Positions 1 through 10,491 of a DNA stretch of 64,000 nt are shown piece after piece. This stretch comes from Syntrophales bacterium. Lineage in GTDB: Bacteria; Desulfobacterota; Syntrophia; Syntrophales; UBA2210. The position numbers and the translations under genes are program-made. The stretch covers positions 1,440,001-1,504,000 of the forward strand of contig CAXXNF010000001.1 in the NCBI GenBank assembly GCA_963666365.2, written 5' to 3'. Position 1 is the first letter of the stretch. Each line of letters opens with the position of its first letter. A model generated the notes under the pieces. It made no database searches and was not told the DNA's origin. It saw nothing but the letters and a program-made list of their open reading frames with translations.

Positions 1-613
1 AAACGGGAATTTCCACGATAGAAACGCCGTGACGCCACGCGTGACATATGATTTCAATGACATAGGAAGAACCATGATTGATATGCGCAAGGTAAGAGCC
101 TATGGCAGTGCGTCGGTAAGCCTTGGCTCCTATTGAATAGTCCCCAAAGGGAAGTCCCAGCAGAGATCGCACGCAGAGGATGAACCCGCTGCTCCCTGCA
201 ATACGGATGAGTGAACGAGTCTGTCTGCCGATCTTCTTGGAACCTATCACAATATCATAGTCATCAAGAAATTTCGCTGCACGAGGAATAAAGTCCATGT
301 CGGTCGTAAGATCGGCGTCGACAGTCACGATACGGTCATGGACGGCTCTTCGGACTCCCTCACTAAAAGCGGAGCCTACACCCTTCCGGGGCAGTTCGAA
401 GCAGTTGATGCGGGAATGTGCCTCGCTCAGTTTCCTGGCAATAGCCGCAGAGTTGTCGGTTGACCCGTTGCAGGCGATAAGAATTTCATATTCCGGCCAG
501 TTGGTTTCAAGATAGTGTTTGAGAAGATGGATATTTTGATTGAGGATCAGTTCTTCATTGTAAACAGGAATAAGAACGGTTATCGGTGCGGAAGCTGGGC
601 ATGGATCGTTCAC
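1..613 (-). CDS. Glycosyltransferase family 2 (polyprenyl-phosphate sugar synthase-like), partial, runs off the window
   Basis: Not in the ORF track; manual minus-strand translation from GTG at 613 (GTGA overlap with upstream stop) gives ITVLIPVYNEE...CNGSTDNS...VTVDADL (DxD)...IVIGSK, typical of GT2. Confidence 0.85.
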   Translation of the reverse strand, partial: MNDPCPASAPITVLIPVYNEELILNQNIHLLKHYLETNWPEYEILIACNGSTDNSAAIARKLSEAHSRINCFELPRKGVGSAFSEGVRRAVHDRIVTVDADLTTDMDFIPRAAKFLDDYDIVIGSKKIGRQTRSLIRIAGSSGFILCVRSLLGLPFGDYSIGAKAYRRTAIGSYLAHINHGSSYVIEIICHAWRHGVSIVEIPV

Positions 614-3423
614 GGTTGCTTCCTCCATTCTTTTGAATAGGCGGCCCAGACGGTGACGGGGTATTCAGTGATAATGAGGTCGAAGTATTCATTTGCCTTC
701 TTCTGGTTTTTCAGAAAAACATGGCATTTGCCGATGTGAAAGAGCGCCTCGGGCGCCCAGGGGCTGTCGGGATAGGTGTTAACAAGGGTGGTAAAAATTT
801 CAATGGTTTTTTGCCAGTTTTTTTCTTTGTAAAAGCAGATGGCCAGATAGTAGTAGGCCTCGTCCACTTTGGAAAACCCCGGGTGGTCTGAAATGATTCT
901 CTGGTAAATGTGCCGGGCCTCCTGGAAGCTTTGGTCATCGCGGAGGCTCATAGCCTTGTTGCAGAGTCTGAGCGGATCGTTCTGGGCCGACAGGATGATA
1001 TGTGCGGCAATGATGACAAAGATAAACGTGACGATTCCTCCTGTCAGGGTGTTGCGGGCCTCGAGGGCGCCGGCGAGTGTTCTCAGTCGAGCGGCAAAGG
1101 ATGTTGCATTGATACGGACGCGCAGTGCTTCAGCCGAGCGGCTTCCACCCGCCAAGAAGAGACCGAACCCGATGCTTGCCAGCCCCAGCGCAGTAAAAAG
1201 GAAGCCGATACAGGTCCACAGCGTATGTCCATAATAGAGGCGCACTTCTCTGGCCTTGGGGTAAATCAACATGAAGGAGGGAGAAGCCAGATATATTTTG
1301 TCGGCCCCTTCCACCCGCCAGCCGGGATGATAGGAAACTTTTATCAACAGAGGGATCCCCGGCTTCGTGGTGGTAATAGAGATTTCTTCATTTTCAATTT
1401 TTTCTGTCACAATGGGCTGTTCCTCAATCGGCACGCGGGGCAGCGTTGTTCCCGTTTCGTAACGCACGCCTTGTACCACCGGCGCCTTTGCCGGGGGTGG
1501 ATCATCGTCAAAAACCACGTGCACGCCGGGATGCTTCATGTATGTGCGGAACCACTCATAGGAACGGGTTTTCCAGCCATCGCGATCATTCCATACCGGT
1601 GCGTATGCCAGAGGAACCACATAGCGGTTTTCATTGCTGGAAAGCCTGTAAATACTGTAAGGGCGAACGTCTTTTTCCCGTATGAACTCGGGGAAGGCAT
1701 GCAGTTTTTCCCGGATTTCATCGCTGGCGACAATAAAATCGCGCACGTTGAAAAGTTTCAGATGCTCCATCCCGGCAGCAATGTCCACATTGGTGCAGCG
1801 GTAATGAGGGAGCGGGCGCGATGACTGTTTCGACATCTCGGATTGAATGTAGAAAATAAAGGGAGACGATAGGCTGGACTGCAGATAGAGTCCTTCCAGG
1901 GTATTTCGTCCCGAAAACAGAGGAAGCGATTCAAAGGCGCGGATACTACCGGCTCCATTGTGTATGTCGGAATGCTCGAAGATTACTCGCGGGTCCGCCA
2001 CCGATCCGGACAGATAGTGATTGGTTTCGATGAAGGGTTTCCAGAGGGGCTTGTTTTCGAACCCTCTGTAATTCCAGTTGATCCAGGCATGAATGTTTTT
2101 TTCAAGCTGAGTGACCGTGAAGACGACCAATAAAAAGAGGATGACAGGGACAAGACCCTTTCCTCTAAGGGGTGCGGTAAGAATCCCCAGACCAACAGCG
2201 CCGGTTATCACAATATAAACCTGAAAAAAGGGGACAAATCGTATGTCTATGACACCGATAGTCGGACCTGCCAGGAATAAGAGCCAGGCCACCACCATGC
2301 CATAAAGGAGATACAGACAGGTTTCGAGCTTCGGCGTCGGTTCATTTCTTGCTGCTCCTCCGTCGGGCTGGGGTGAAGTGAAGAGGCGTTCACTGGATGC
2401 CGGTTTCCTGCGCTTTCTGAGCATCACCCCTGTTGCCCGGGCAATTGCGCCCAGGATGGTCAGGATGGCGCAGGGCCACAGGATGGGAGGGATGATTTCC
2501 AAAAACGACGCAACAAACCAGCGGTCGGGAAGCGCGGTGGTCCATGCAGTGCCTCCTATAAGGGGAATTAGCCAAAAACCCAGAAGCATAAAGGCCAATC
2601 CGTGAATTTTTATCAGGTATATACAGTTTTTAAGCACACGGCGGCGGTCGAAAAGAAAGAACGAGGATACAAAGCCTGCAAAAAGGAGTGTATACCCGTG
2701 GCAGAAGCCGATAAAAAAAACCAGGACGCCGTTTAAAATGACGTACTTTCCCATGGTAATTCCCCTGTGGAGGGTTCCCACGAAGAGTATGGCGAAGGAC
2801 AGGCCGATGCTGTATGAAAACTCGCCTGCCAGCGTACTCATGATATTTCCTCCCCACACGGAATTGGCCTCCATGAAAAGGAAGAAAAGAGAAAAAAGGG
2901 CCCCGCTGATGGGAATGGGGAACGGCTGCCGCAGCAGGCGAAGCACGGTGTATACGGCCAGGGGAAGCGTAAAGATGCCCCACACTGTCACCACCTTGAA
3001 AGCTGCCTGCAACGGAATCAGACACGAGAGTGCGGTCATGGCCAGAAAGGGGAAGGGAAAATAGAACAGCAGGATCGGAAATCCGGCATAGTTGCCCATG
3101 GTCCAGCCGGAAATCTTTCCCTGTGGAAGGAGGACGTCATGCAAATATTGAAGCGTGTAGTAATGCGATCCCGTGTCACCGCCGGTGGCAGTAGTTTCGG
3201 ACGATAAATATTCAAGCCTGAAAAAAGAGCAGAGAAAAAGGAGTATTCCGATGTGCACAAAGATATCGATGATAACTCCGAATTTCAGGCTCTTTGCTTC
3301 GCTGTTTGCGGTAAAGAAGTGCACGTTCAATGTAGTATCGCATTCCCGCTTTTTTACATGTGAACCGTCGATTCGCGTACCCCACGCCGCATGCCGCGAA
3401 TCTGAAATTTTAACCCATTGCAA
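610..3423 (-). CDS. Polytopic membrane protein, GT-C-like (PTPS-related membrane domain type) with periplasmic domain and C-terminal TPR repeats; true start may be downstream of 3423
   Basis: Many TM helices, first-loop GGDTGSHY motif, YAGFPxxxFYFP, GGNxxSTLAGEF, C-terminal TPRs (AYYYLAICF, YPDSPWAPEALFHIG). Confidence 0.7.
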   Translation of the reverse strand: MQWVKISDSRHAAWGTRIDGSHVKKRECDTTLNVHFFTANSEAKSLKFGVIIDIFVHIGILLFLCSFFRLEYLSSETTATGGDTGSHYYTLQYLHDVLLPQGKISGWTMGNYAGFPILLFYFPFPFLAMTALSCLIPLQAAFKVVTVWGIFTLPLAVYTVLRLLRQPFPIPISGALFSLFFLFMEANSVWGGNIMSTLAGEFSYSIGLSFAILFVGTLHRGITMGKYVILNGVLVFFIGFCHGYTLLFAGFVSSFFLFDRRRVLKNCIYLIKIHGLAFMLLGFWLIPLIGGTAWTTALPDRWFVASFLEIIPPILWPCAILTILGAIARATGVMLRKRRKPASSERLFTSPQPDGGAARNEPTPKLETCLYLLYGMVVAWLLFLAGPTIGVIDIRFVPFFQVYIVITGAVGLGILTAPLRGKGLVPVILFLLVVFTVTQLEKNIHAWINWNYRGFENKPLWKPFIETNHYLSGSVADPRVIFEHSDIHNGAGSIRAFESLPLFSGRNTLEGLYLQSSLSSPFIFYIQSEMSKQSSRPLPHYRCTNVDIAAGMEHLKLFNVRDFIVASDEIREKLHAFPEFIREKDVRPYSIYRLSSNENRYVVPLAYAPVWNDRDGWKTRSYEWFRTYMKHPGVHVVFDDDPPPAKAPVVQGVRYETGTTLPRVPIEEQPIVTEKIENEEISITTTKPGIPLLIKVSYHPGWRVEGADKIYLASPSFMLIYPKAREVRLYYGHTLWTCIGFLFTALGLASIGFGLFLAGGSRSAEALRVRINATSFAARLRTLAGALEARNTLTGGIVTFIFVIIAAHIILSAQNDPLRLCNKAMSLRDDQSFQEARHIYQRIISDHPGFSKVDEAYYYLAICFYKEKNWQKTIEIFTTLVNTYPDSPWAPEALFHIGKCHVFLKNQKKANEYFDLIITEYPVTVWAAYSKEWRKQP

Positions 3424-3455
3424 TGGCAGTGCATTCTTGTTAGCATTATCGCACT

Positions 3456-4292
3456 ATGAATCGATACTTACACACTTTTTTCTTTACTTCAATAGTAATG
3501 CTGATGGCATCGGAGTCGCTTGCCGGCGCCATACAGTTACAGTCGCACCTGACAATACAGGTGAGGGGATATGAGCTTGAGGCTGTCCTTGAGCTACAAA
3601 ACCTGGGCGACGAGACGGCACGTGATGTATACGCCTTAATTCACATTGGAAACAGAAAGCAGGAGATGAAATTGGCGGAGCGGTTGCAGAAGGGGGATAG
3701 AGCAAAAGAACCCATAGTGATCGCTCTCGACAGAAAGGACGGGTGTTTCCCCATTATTATCGAAACTACCTACGGTGACGACCATCATAATCGCTATTCC
3801 GATGTTGTTGCCGCTGTCTATACCGTGAGGGGGAGACCTTCTCAAGTGAAGGTATGGCATCAAGAAACAGGGGGCGTGGAAGAAAAGGCCTCGATCATTC
3901 TTGCCGGTGTCGCGAACCATGCATGCAATGTGTGCGTGGAAAACAACTCCGACAGCGAGAAAACAGTTGCGGTGCGGCTTATTGCATCCTCCAATCTTCA
4001 TGTCTCTCCCTTGGTGCACCTGTGCACTCTTCAGCGCCGAGAAACCAGGGAGATACGTTTTGGACTGTCCAACCGTGCGCTCAATCCGGGATCGGCCTTC
4101 ACTATCTATGCAATAGCGGAGTATGATGACCCGGGATGTCACTTTACCGACATTGCTCCCGTGCACATTGCCGTTGAGGCGCAGGGAAACATTTTCAAAA
4201 GATTAAATTGGGGTATTTGCATTGCCGGCCTTGTCTTATTGATTGCCTTTATCCTTTACAATATCTGGGTAAAAAATCGATTCAACACGTGA
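3456..4292 (+). CDS. Exported hypothetical protein with beta-rich (Ig-like?) domains and C-terminal TM anchor
   Basis: N-terminal signal-like segment, NLGDETARDV motif, C-terminal hydrophobic helix followed by basic residues. Confidence 0.6.
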   Translation: MNRYLHTFFFTSIVMLMASESLAGAIQLQSHLTIQVRGYELEAVLELQNLGDETARDVYALIHIGNRKQEMKLAERLQKGDRAKEPIVIALDRKDGCFPIIIETTYGDDHHNRYSDVVAAVYTVRGRPSQVKVWHQETGGVEEKASIILAGVANHACNVCVENNSDSEKTVAVRLIASSNLHVSPLVHLCTLQRRETREIRFGLSNRALNPGSAFTIYAIAEYDDPGCHFTDIAPVHIAVEAQGNIFKRLNWGICIAGLVLLIAFILYNIWVKNRFNT

Positions 4293-4321
4293 CTAAGGGA
4301 AAAATTGCAATGAGAAAGCCT

Positions 4322-5305
4322 TTACAGCTTTGATTGTTTCCCCAACGTTCTGACGTTTTTTAACGAACAGTTGCTGAAGGGTATAAAGGCCAGTCCCAAA
4401 ATAATGATCACGCTCATGTTGAGGAAATGGTGCACGATGGCAAAAGCCATCGCATCGGCTTTGGGGATGCTGAAAATAGTCAGGCCGAGGATACAAAAAT
4501 AGTGCCAGGTTCCTATGTATCCCGGCGCAGCGGGCACGGTGGTGCCGACAATGACGATTGCCAAGACGGCGAGAGCGGCAACAGGGGGCAAAGAAAAGTC
4601 AAAGGCAAAAAAGAGAATGTATATGACCAAAGCGCCTACACTCCAAATCAACAACGAAAGCCCCATTACGAAACCTGCTCGCTTCGCATCGACCATCACC
4701 TCAAGCCCATTGAGAAACTGCGACAAAGGCTTTTCAAGTATCAATGAAATGCGTTGAGGGATCTTTTGCAGCAAACGCCTTACAAGGCATCTGGCTCGCC
4801 TTCGGTTTAAGATCAGGGTAATTACCATGGCCATGACGATCAGTGCCGACGCAGTCGCTGCCAAGCTCGTCTTCACTAGCCGGGATGGAAGAGGAATACA
4901 GCAGGCCACAACCGAAGCCATGATCATTATGGACAGGACATCAAAGAGCCGCTCGATAAAAATGGAACCAAGAGCCGTCGATGCGGTTATCGTCGTTTTA
5001 CGGGAAATAAGGTAGGGCCTCGCTAATTCGCCTACCCGTGCCGGAATGACGGTAATCGCCAGAAATCCCACACTTGTCACTGACAAGAGAGTCAAAATGC
5101 CGATCCGTTCAATCGGTTTTAGAAGCACTCCCCAGCGAAAGGCTCTCAAACAGTGCATGACAAGCAGTAACATCAGGATGGGAACGAGGTATATGCCGCG
5201 CACCGAGCGAAAAGCATCGAGAACCTCCCGAAAATCGATATTTCTGACGGCGAGAAGGCAAAAGAAAAGACCCAGCAGAATGCCGACGACCACTTTTCTT
5301 TTCAA
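4322..5305 (-). CDS. Lysylphosphatidylglycerol synthase TM-domain (UPF0104, flippase-like) membrane protein
   Basis: LRAFRW, PARVGELARP, ERLFD, PAAPGYIGTWH motifs; AGGAGG RBS before TTG. Confidence 0.85.
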   Translation of the reverse strand: MKRKVVVGILLGLFFCLLAVRNIDFREVLDAFRSVRGIYLVPILMLLLVMHCLRAFRWGVLLKPIERIGILTLLSVTSVGFLAITVIPARVGELARPYLISRKTTITASTALGSIFIERLFDVLSIMIMASVVACCIPLPSRLVKTSLAATASALIVMAMVITLILNRRRARCLVRRLLQKIPQRISLILEKPLSQFLNGLEVMVDAKRAGFVMGLSLLIWSVGALVIYILFFAFDFSLPPVAALAVLAIVIVGTTVPAAPGYIGTWHYFCILGLTIFSIPKADAMAFAIVHHFLNMSVIIILGLAFIPFSNCSLKNVRTLGKQSKL

Positions 5306-5739
5306 ATCTGTCCTCCTGCCCGATTAAACCGGTATTCCCTATAATGATAAAATAGGCATGCTTCGCGAACTCAACAGGTTCACCTTTATTCACTGTTGTA
5401 ATGAATGTCACCACTGCTGTCAATAGACGGAACGCATCCCTGATTTCTCTTCGGGTAACTTAGCCCTTGACAGTTCCAGCCTTCGCGTAGTATTCGACAG
5501 ACAAGGTGTAGGCAGTTCGGGGTTTTCAAAGGTAAACCTTATTTATGTGATCGGGAAAATAAACCGTTGAGGAGGGGGGTATGGGTGCTTCCTTAATCCG
5601 AGGGTGTTGTTTCTCTTTGATCGCTGGTCTCGGTCGATCCCCGCCGGGTCGATTCCGTGAGTAGTAACCATTCCATACATCAACTGAGAGTATGCATTTC
5701 AACAGGCAATCCGCGTTGCGGATTCCAAAGGAGGGAACT

Positions 5740-6954
5740 ATGAAAATGCGAAGTATTCTATGTGCAGTATGTGCGGCTGTATTTATGCTGTTTCTCATTG
5801 CACCGATCCCGGCCGTCTCTGCCGCCGATGATGTTATCACCATCGGCTACAGTGGACCGCTAAGCGGTGGAGGCGCCAAGTTCGGGAAAAATCTGCAAAT
5901 GGGGCTGGATCTTGCGGCAGATCAGGTCAATGCGATGGGCGGTCTCGATGTGGCGGGAAAAAAATACTCCGTTCGCGTGGTAAGCATGGACGACCAGTTC
6001 CAGACGGCGCTGACTGTAAGCAATGCCAAGAGGCTGGTCCACAAGGAAGGGGCGAAGATGATCTTCAATCCCTCCAGCGGCGGCATTTTCGGCCTTATGT
6101 CGATCAACGAGCGTGAAAAGTTCATTATATGTGCCTACACGACCAACCAGATTTGTGTGACCTCCGGTAACAATCTCCTCTATCGTGGTCCCCCTTCCAT
6201 GCTTGCCTACGTGCAGGCCTGGGCCGACAGGGCCATGGAGAAACACGGATGGAAGAAATGCGCCATGATGCAGGGGGCCTACGATTATGGAAAGATCTGG
6301 AGCGGTCTCTTCGAAAAATATTGGAAGGAAAAGGGGGGGACCATTACCTGTAATATTCCCGTCGACTGGATGAGGGTGTCCGATTATTATCCCCTGCTCA
6401 CCAAGGCCCTTGCCACCAATCCGGACTGCATCCTCCTCGGCTCCTCCTCCGAACCGGATGCCATGCAGATTCAACAGGCCCGGGAGCTGGGATTCAAGGG
6501 GGGATTCATCATCATCGAGCGCGGAAAACTGGACGAAATGGAAAAGTTCGTGAAGGACACCAATGTGCTTAATGGGTGTATCGGCACGGCGCCCCTCTAT
6601 TTCTATCCGCAGAAGAACGCAAAGAAATTCATAAAGCGTTTCGCGGAAAAATACGGCAAGGATGTCGTGATTGCCCACGAATCATCCATCGCCTACGGCA
6701 GTGTGATGTATTATCTTGGAGGCATTCAGCTGGCGGGCACCACCACGGATGTGTACAAGATAATGGAAGCCATGAAAAGCCCCGAATTGATGAAGGTGCC
6801 TCTCGTGAAAGAAAACGACGTGTACGAAAACGAGAAGATCTATCCCAACGGCGCCGTCAAGGGTCACATACTGGGTGTTGAGTTCGAGAAGGGAAAGTAT
6901 TCGGAACCTTTCCCTGTCGCCACGCCCGAATGGATCTGGACGGAAAAATATTAA
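5740..6954 (+). CDS. Branched-chain amino acid (LIV)-type ABC transporter substrate-binding protein
   Basis: Signal peptide, IGYSGPLSG...G, YDYG motifs; GGAGG RBS before ATG 5740. Confidence 0.9.
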   Translation: MKMRSILCAVCAAVFMLFLIAPIPAVSAADDVITIGYSGPLSGGGAKFGKNLQMGLDLAADQVNAMGGLDVAGKKYSVRVVSMDDQFQTALTVSNAKRLVHKEGAKMIFNPSSGGIFGLMSINEREKFIICAYTTNQICVTSGNNLLYRGPPSMLAYVQAWADRAMEKHGWKKCAMMQGAYDYGKIWSGLFEKYWKEKGGTITCNIPVDWMRVSDYYPLLTKALATNPDCILLGSSSEPDAMQIQQARELGFKGGFIIIERGKLDEMEKFVKDTNVLNGCIGTAPLYFYPQKNAKKFIKRFAEKYGKDVVIAHESSIAYGSVMYYLGGIQLAGTTTDVYKIMEAMKSPELMKVPLVKENDVYENEKIYPNGAVKGHILGVEFEKGKYSEPFPVATPEWIWTEKY

Positions 6955-6976
6955 ACCGGGACCTGTGCAATAGTTG

Positions 6977-7012
6977 AAAAACGGGGAGGGGGGGCGCCCC
7001 CTCCCGGTTTTT
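6977..7012 (+). terminator. GC-rich hairpin with T-tract between binding-protein and permease genes
   Basis: aaaaacggggaggggg-ggcg-ccccctcccggtttttt. Confidence 0.6.
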
Positions 7013-7046
7013 TGCGGGGTCTTCATCATTCAGAGGAGGTTGTTCC

Positions 7047-7907
7047 TTGGGTATCCTTTTGCAGACGATTATAAACGGCATTATGCTCGGGTCCATTTAC
7101 GCCATGGTCGCATTGGGGCTCACCCTGATTTACGGGATCCTGAATATTCCCAATTTTGCCCATGGCGCCCTGTACATGATTGGCGCCTATATGGCCTTTT
7201 TTGCAATTACCTCATTCGGCGCTCCCTACTGGCTCGGATTGATCATTGCCATGGTGATTCTTTTTGTGATAGGGATGCTGGTGGAACGACTCGCCTTTCG
7301 TCCTCTCTATGACAAACCGCTGATCAATTCCTTTATCGTGGCCGTGGGACTCATCCTGATCTTCGAGAACGGCGCCCTGGCGATATGGGGACCGGAATTT
7401 CGTCAAATTGCACCGCTCAGCGATGCCGTCATCAAAGTTCTGGGAACCACGATCACCATGCAGCGTATCATTGTCATTATCACCGCAATATTGCTTATCG
7501 TGGCAGTCCATCTTTTCATCAAAAAAACCCGTCTCGGTGCGGCGATTGAAGCGACGTCGCAAAACCGGGAAGGTGCGCAGCTAATGGGAATCAATGTGCG
7601 TATGATGGGCGGCATCACCTTCGGAATCGGCACCGCTCTGGCCGCGGTGGCCGCTGTGCTTGTGGCGCCCATCCTTCTGATCTATCCCATGATGGGGGCG
7701 CCTGTCATCGGCATGGCCTTTGTCATCATCATCATCGGCGGCATGGGGAGCTTTTTCGGCGCCGTGCTGGGAGGATACATCATCGGCCTGCTGGAGACGC
7801 TCGTTTCCTCATATGTAACGAACTATTTCACTGAAGCGATAATTTTCGGATTGCTGGTAGTGGTGCTTGCGATAAAGCCAACGGGACTTTTCGGAAAGGA
7901 GCATTGA
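7047..7907 (+). CDS. livH: LIV-type ABC permease (LivH-like)
   Basis: GLTLIYGILNIPNFAHG, IIGGMGS motifs. Confidence 0.9.
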   Translation: MGILLQTIINGIMLGSIYAMVALGLTLIYGILNIPNFAHGALYMIGAYMAFFAITSFGAPYWLGLIIAMVILFVIGMLVERLAFRPLYDKPLINSFIVAVGLILIFENGALAIWGPEFRQIAPLSDAVIKVLGTTITMQRIIVIITAILLIVAVHLFIKKTRLGAAIEATSQNREGAQLMGINVRMMGGITFGIGTALAAVAAVLVAPILLIYPMMGAPVIGMAFVIIIIGGMGSFFGAVLGGYIIGLLETLVSSYVTNYFTEAIIFGLLVVVLAIKPTGLFGKEH

Positions 7908-8896
7908 CAACGGTGAGTACGAATGGACGAAAAAAAGCGATCATATACGGCCTGCTTTTACTGCTTGCCGTTGCCGCGCCGCTTGTGGTCAGGGATGAAT
8001 ACCACCGGCACATTATGGTCATGTGCGGTATCTGGGTCATTGCGGCGCTGGCGCTGAACCTGATACTGGGGTATGCCGGACAGCTCAATCTTGCCCACGG
8101 GACCTTTTTCGGGATCGGGGCCTATGCGACGGGTCTGCTGATGCAGAAGGCCGGTATTCCTTTCTGGGGGGCCCTGCCCCTGGGGTGTCTGATTACGGCC
8201 TTTATGGGGGTGGTCACGGGAATTCCCACATTGAGAACAAAGGGTCATTACTTTCCCATTGCCACCATGTGTCTGGGCATTGCCATTTACTACGTAATCG
8301 CCCGCTGGGACGATTTCACCGGAGGCGCCCGGGGGCTCTTCGGTCTGCCCCGTCCCGAGGCGATCCCGCTGCCCTTCGGCAAGGAAATATCTTTCGACAG
8401 CACCATTGCCTGCTATTACCTGGTCCTCTTCTTCGTGCTGGTAACCATAGTGGTGATCTCCCGGCTTGTGCGGTCCCTGACGGGCAAGAGGCTGATTGCC
8501 ATTCGCGGCAATGAAGATCTGGCTCAGTCGCTGGGCATCAATACCATGCGGGACAAGGTGGTGTGCTTTACCATCAGCACGTTCTTTGCCGGGCTTGCCG
8601 GCGGTGTCTTCGCGGCCTACATGGGAACGCTGATGGCGGAGAATGCCCACTTTCTGGTCAGCTTCGAGATGCTCCTTTTTGTAATGATCGGCGGAGTGGC
8701 CACCATTGCCGGTCCCGTGGTGGGCGGCATTGTGATTCCGCTGCTCACGGAAGAGCTGCAATTTCTGGGAGGAATGCGTCTGGTGGTATTCGGTCTGATT
8801 TTGATTCTTACCATTCGATTCCTTCCCTTCGGCATTGTCGGGGGAATTCGTGTGGCCGTGATGCGCATTACCGGCCGGGGAGGGAAGACCCAATGA
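7904..8896 (+). CDS. livM: LIV-type ABC permease (LivM-like)
   Basis: LNLILGYAGQLNLAHG, TGGARG, MIGG motifs; overlaps livH stop. Confidence 0.9.
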   Translation: MTTVSTNGRKKAIIYGLLLLLAVAAPLVVRDEYHRHIMVMCGIWVIAALALNLILGYAGQLNLAHGTFFGIGAYATGLLMQKAGIPFWGALPLGCLITAFMGVVTGIPTLRTKGHYFPIATMCLGIAIYYVIARWDDFTGGARGLFGLPRPEAIPLPFGKEISFDSTIACYYLVLFFVLVTIVVISRLVRSLTGKRLIAIRGNEDLAQSLGINTMRDKVVCFTISTFFAGLAGGVFAAYMGTLMAENAHFLVSFEMLLFVMIGGVATIAGPVVGGIVIPLLTEELQFLGGMRLVVFGLILILTIRFLPFGIVGGIRVAVMRITGRGGKTQ

Positions 8897-9672
8897 ACGA
8901 TCTTCTGCTCGATGTGCGAAAGGTAACAAAGGATTTCGGAGGCCTGCGGGCAATCGACGAGGTGAGCTTTCATATCAAAAAGGACGAAATATTCAGCATT
9001 ATCGGTCCCAACGGCGCCGGTAAAACGACCATGTTTCATCTCATTACGGGGTTTCTCCTTCCCACGGCGGGAGAAATCATATTCAAGGATCAAAGAATTT
9101 CCGGCCTGAAGCCCTTCCAGGTTGCGAGAAAAAAGATAGGACGCACCTTTCAGCTGACGACGCTGTTTCTCCAGAACACGGTGATGGAAAACCTGATCAT
9201 CGGCCAGCGCGTGACCCGCGAAGCAGGGGTGCTGCAATCCATATTCGGGGGAAGGAAACGAAGGGGGCGTCAGCAGGAGGCAGAAGATCGGGCCTCGCAG
9301 CTTGCCGAATTCGTGGGGCTCGGCGGTTTCAAAGACGTTCCTGCGGCCCTGCTTCCCCATGGCGCGCAGAAACAGCTTTCCATCGGTCTCGCGCTTGCCG
9401 GCGGGCCCGAGCTGGTGCTGCTTGATGAACCGGTGGGCGGGGTGGACATGAATGAGATCGATGTGATCATTGATCTTATAAAAAAAATCAGGGGCATGGG
9501 CATTACCGTCTGCCTCATTGAGCATAAAATGAGCGTGGTGATGAATATTTCCGATCGCATTCTGGCGCTCAACTATGGTGAGAAGATCACCGAAGATGTG
9601 CCGGAGGTGGTCTGCCGCAATGAAGAAGTGATCAAGTCCTATCTGGGGGATAAATATGTTGCTTCAAGTTAA
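8893..9672 (+). CDS. livG: LIV-type ABC ATPase (LivG-like)
   Basis: Start MNDLLL at ATGA overlap; GPNGAGKTT, RTFQ, LLDEP. Confidence 0.9.
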   Translation: MNDLLLDVRKVTKDFGGLRAIDEVSFHIKKDEIFSIIGPNGAGKTTMFHLITGFLLPTAGEIIFKDQRISGLKPFQVARKKIGRTFQLTTLFLQNTVMENLIIGQRVTREAGVLQSIFGGRKRRGRQQEAEDRASQLAEFVGLGGFKDVPAALLPHGAQKQLSIGLALAGGPELVLLDEPVGGVDMNEIDVIIDLIKKIRGMGITVCLIEHKMSVVMNISDRILALNYGEKITEDVPEVVCRNEEVIKSYLGDKYVASS

Positions 9673-10366
9673 AGATCTGGAATGTTATTACGGGCAATCC
9701 CAGGCACTGCAGAACGTTTCCATCGAGGTGGATGAGGGAGAGTGTATCTGTGTGCTGGGGGCCAACGGCGCCGGCAAAAGCACCCTCTTGAAAACCATTG
9801 CGGGATTGGTAAAGCCGAGAAGCGGAGAAATAACATTTTCCGGCAAACACATCGATCGGATGGACGCCCACATGGTGGTGAGAGAGGGGATCACGCTGTG
9901 TCCGGAGGATAAGAAGATCTTTCCTCAAATGAGCGTGTATAAAAATCTCTATCTCGGCGGCTGGGTCCATGGACGCGATATGGAGCGGATCGAAAGCAAT
10001 CTCGCCGATGTATACGAACTGTTTCCCATACTCAAGGCACGAAGCAACCAGGATGCGGGTACGCTGAGCGGCGGCGAGCAGCAGATGCTGGTCATCGGGC
10101 GGAGCCTGATGTCCAATCCCCGGCTCCTGATGCTCGACGAACCCTCGCTGGGCATTGCCCCCCTGGTGGTGGACAGCATATTTGAAGTGATAAAAGAAAT
10201 AAACGCACGCAAAACAACCATACTGCTGGTCGAACAAAACGCCTCCATCGGTTTGGACATTGCCGCCCGGGGATACATAATGGAGACGGGTGGCATCACC
10301 ATGAAAGGCGCATCGCAGGAATTGCTGAAAAACGAGAAAGTAAAAAAGGCATACCTGGGATTATAA
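9656..10366 (+). CDS. livF: LIV-type ABC ATPase (LivF-like)
   Basis: GANGAGKST, LSGGEQQM, LDEPSLG, C-terminal AYLG. Confidence 0.92.
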   Translation: MLLQVKDLECYYGQSQALQNVSIEVDEGECICVLGANGAGKSTLLKTIAGLVKPRSGEITFSGKHIDRMDAHMVVREGITLCPEDKKIFPQMSVYKNLYLGGWVHGRDMERIESNLADVYELFPILKARSNQDAGTLSGGEQQMLVIGRSLMSNPRLLMLDEPSLGIAPLVVDSIFEVIKEINARKTTILLVEQNASIGLDIAARGYIMETGGITMKGASQELLKNEKVKKAYLGL

Positions 10367-10376
10367 AAAACAGTGT

Positions 10377-10474
10377 ATAGGTGATGGGTAATAGGTGATA
10401 GGCGATGAACATTGCCATGTTTTGTGTTTGCCTCTCACCTATAACCCCGAACCCATAACCTATCACCCATCATC
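10377..10474. repeat. Inverted heptamer arrays (ATAGGTG-type / CACCTAT-type) forming an imperfect hairpin
   Basis: ataggtg atgggta ataggtg ataggcg ... cacctat aaccccg aacccat aacctat cacccat. Confidence 0.75.
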
Positions 10475-10491
10475 GGCATCAGGAGATTGCT

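Noticed and set aside
5467..5493. Sigma-70 promoter for the LIV operon
   Set aside because: TTGACA is present but the best -10 (TAGTAT) has only a 15-bp spacer
8563..8892. Long N-terminal extension of livG in the ORF track
   Set aside because: Overlaps livM out of frame; the ATGA-coupled start at 8893 is more plausible
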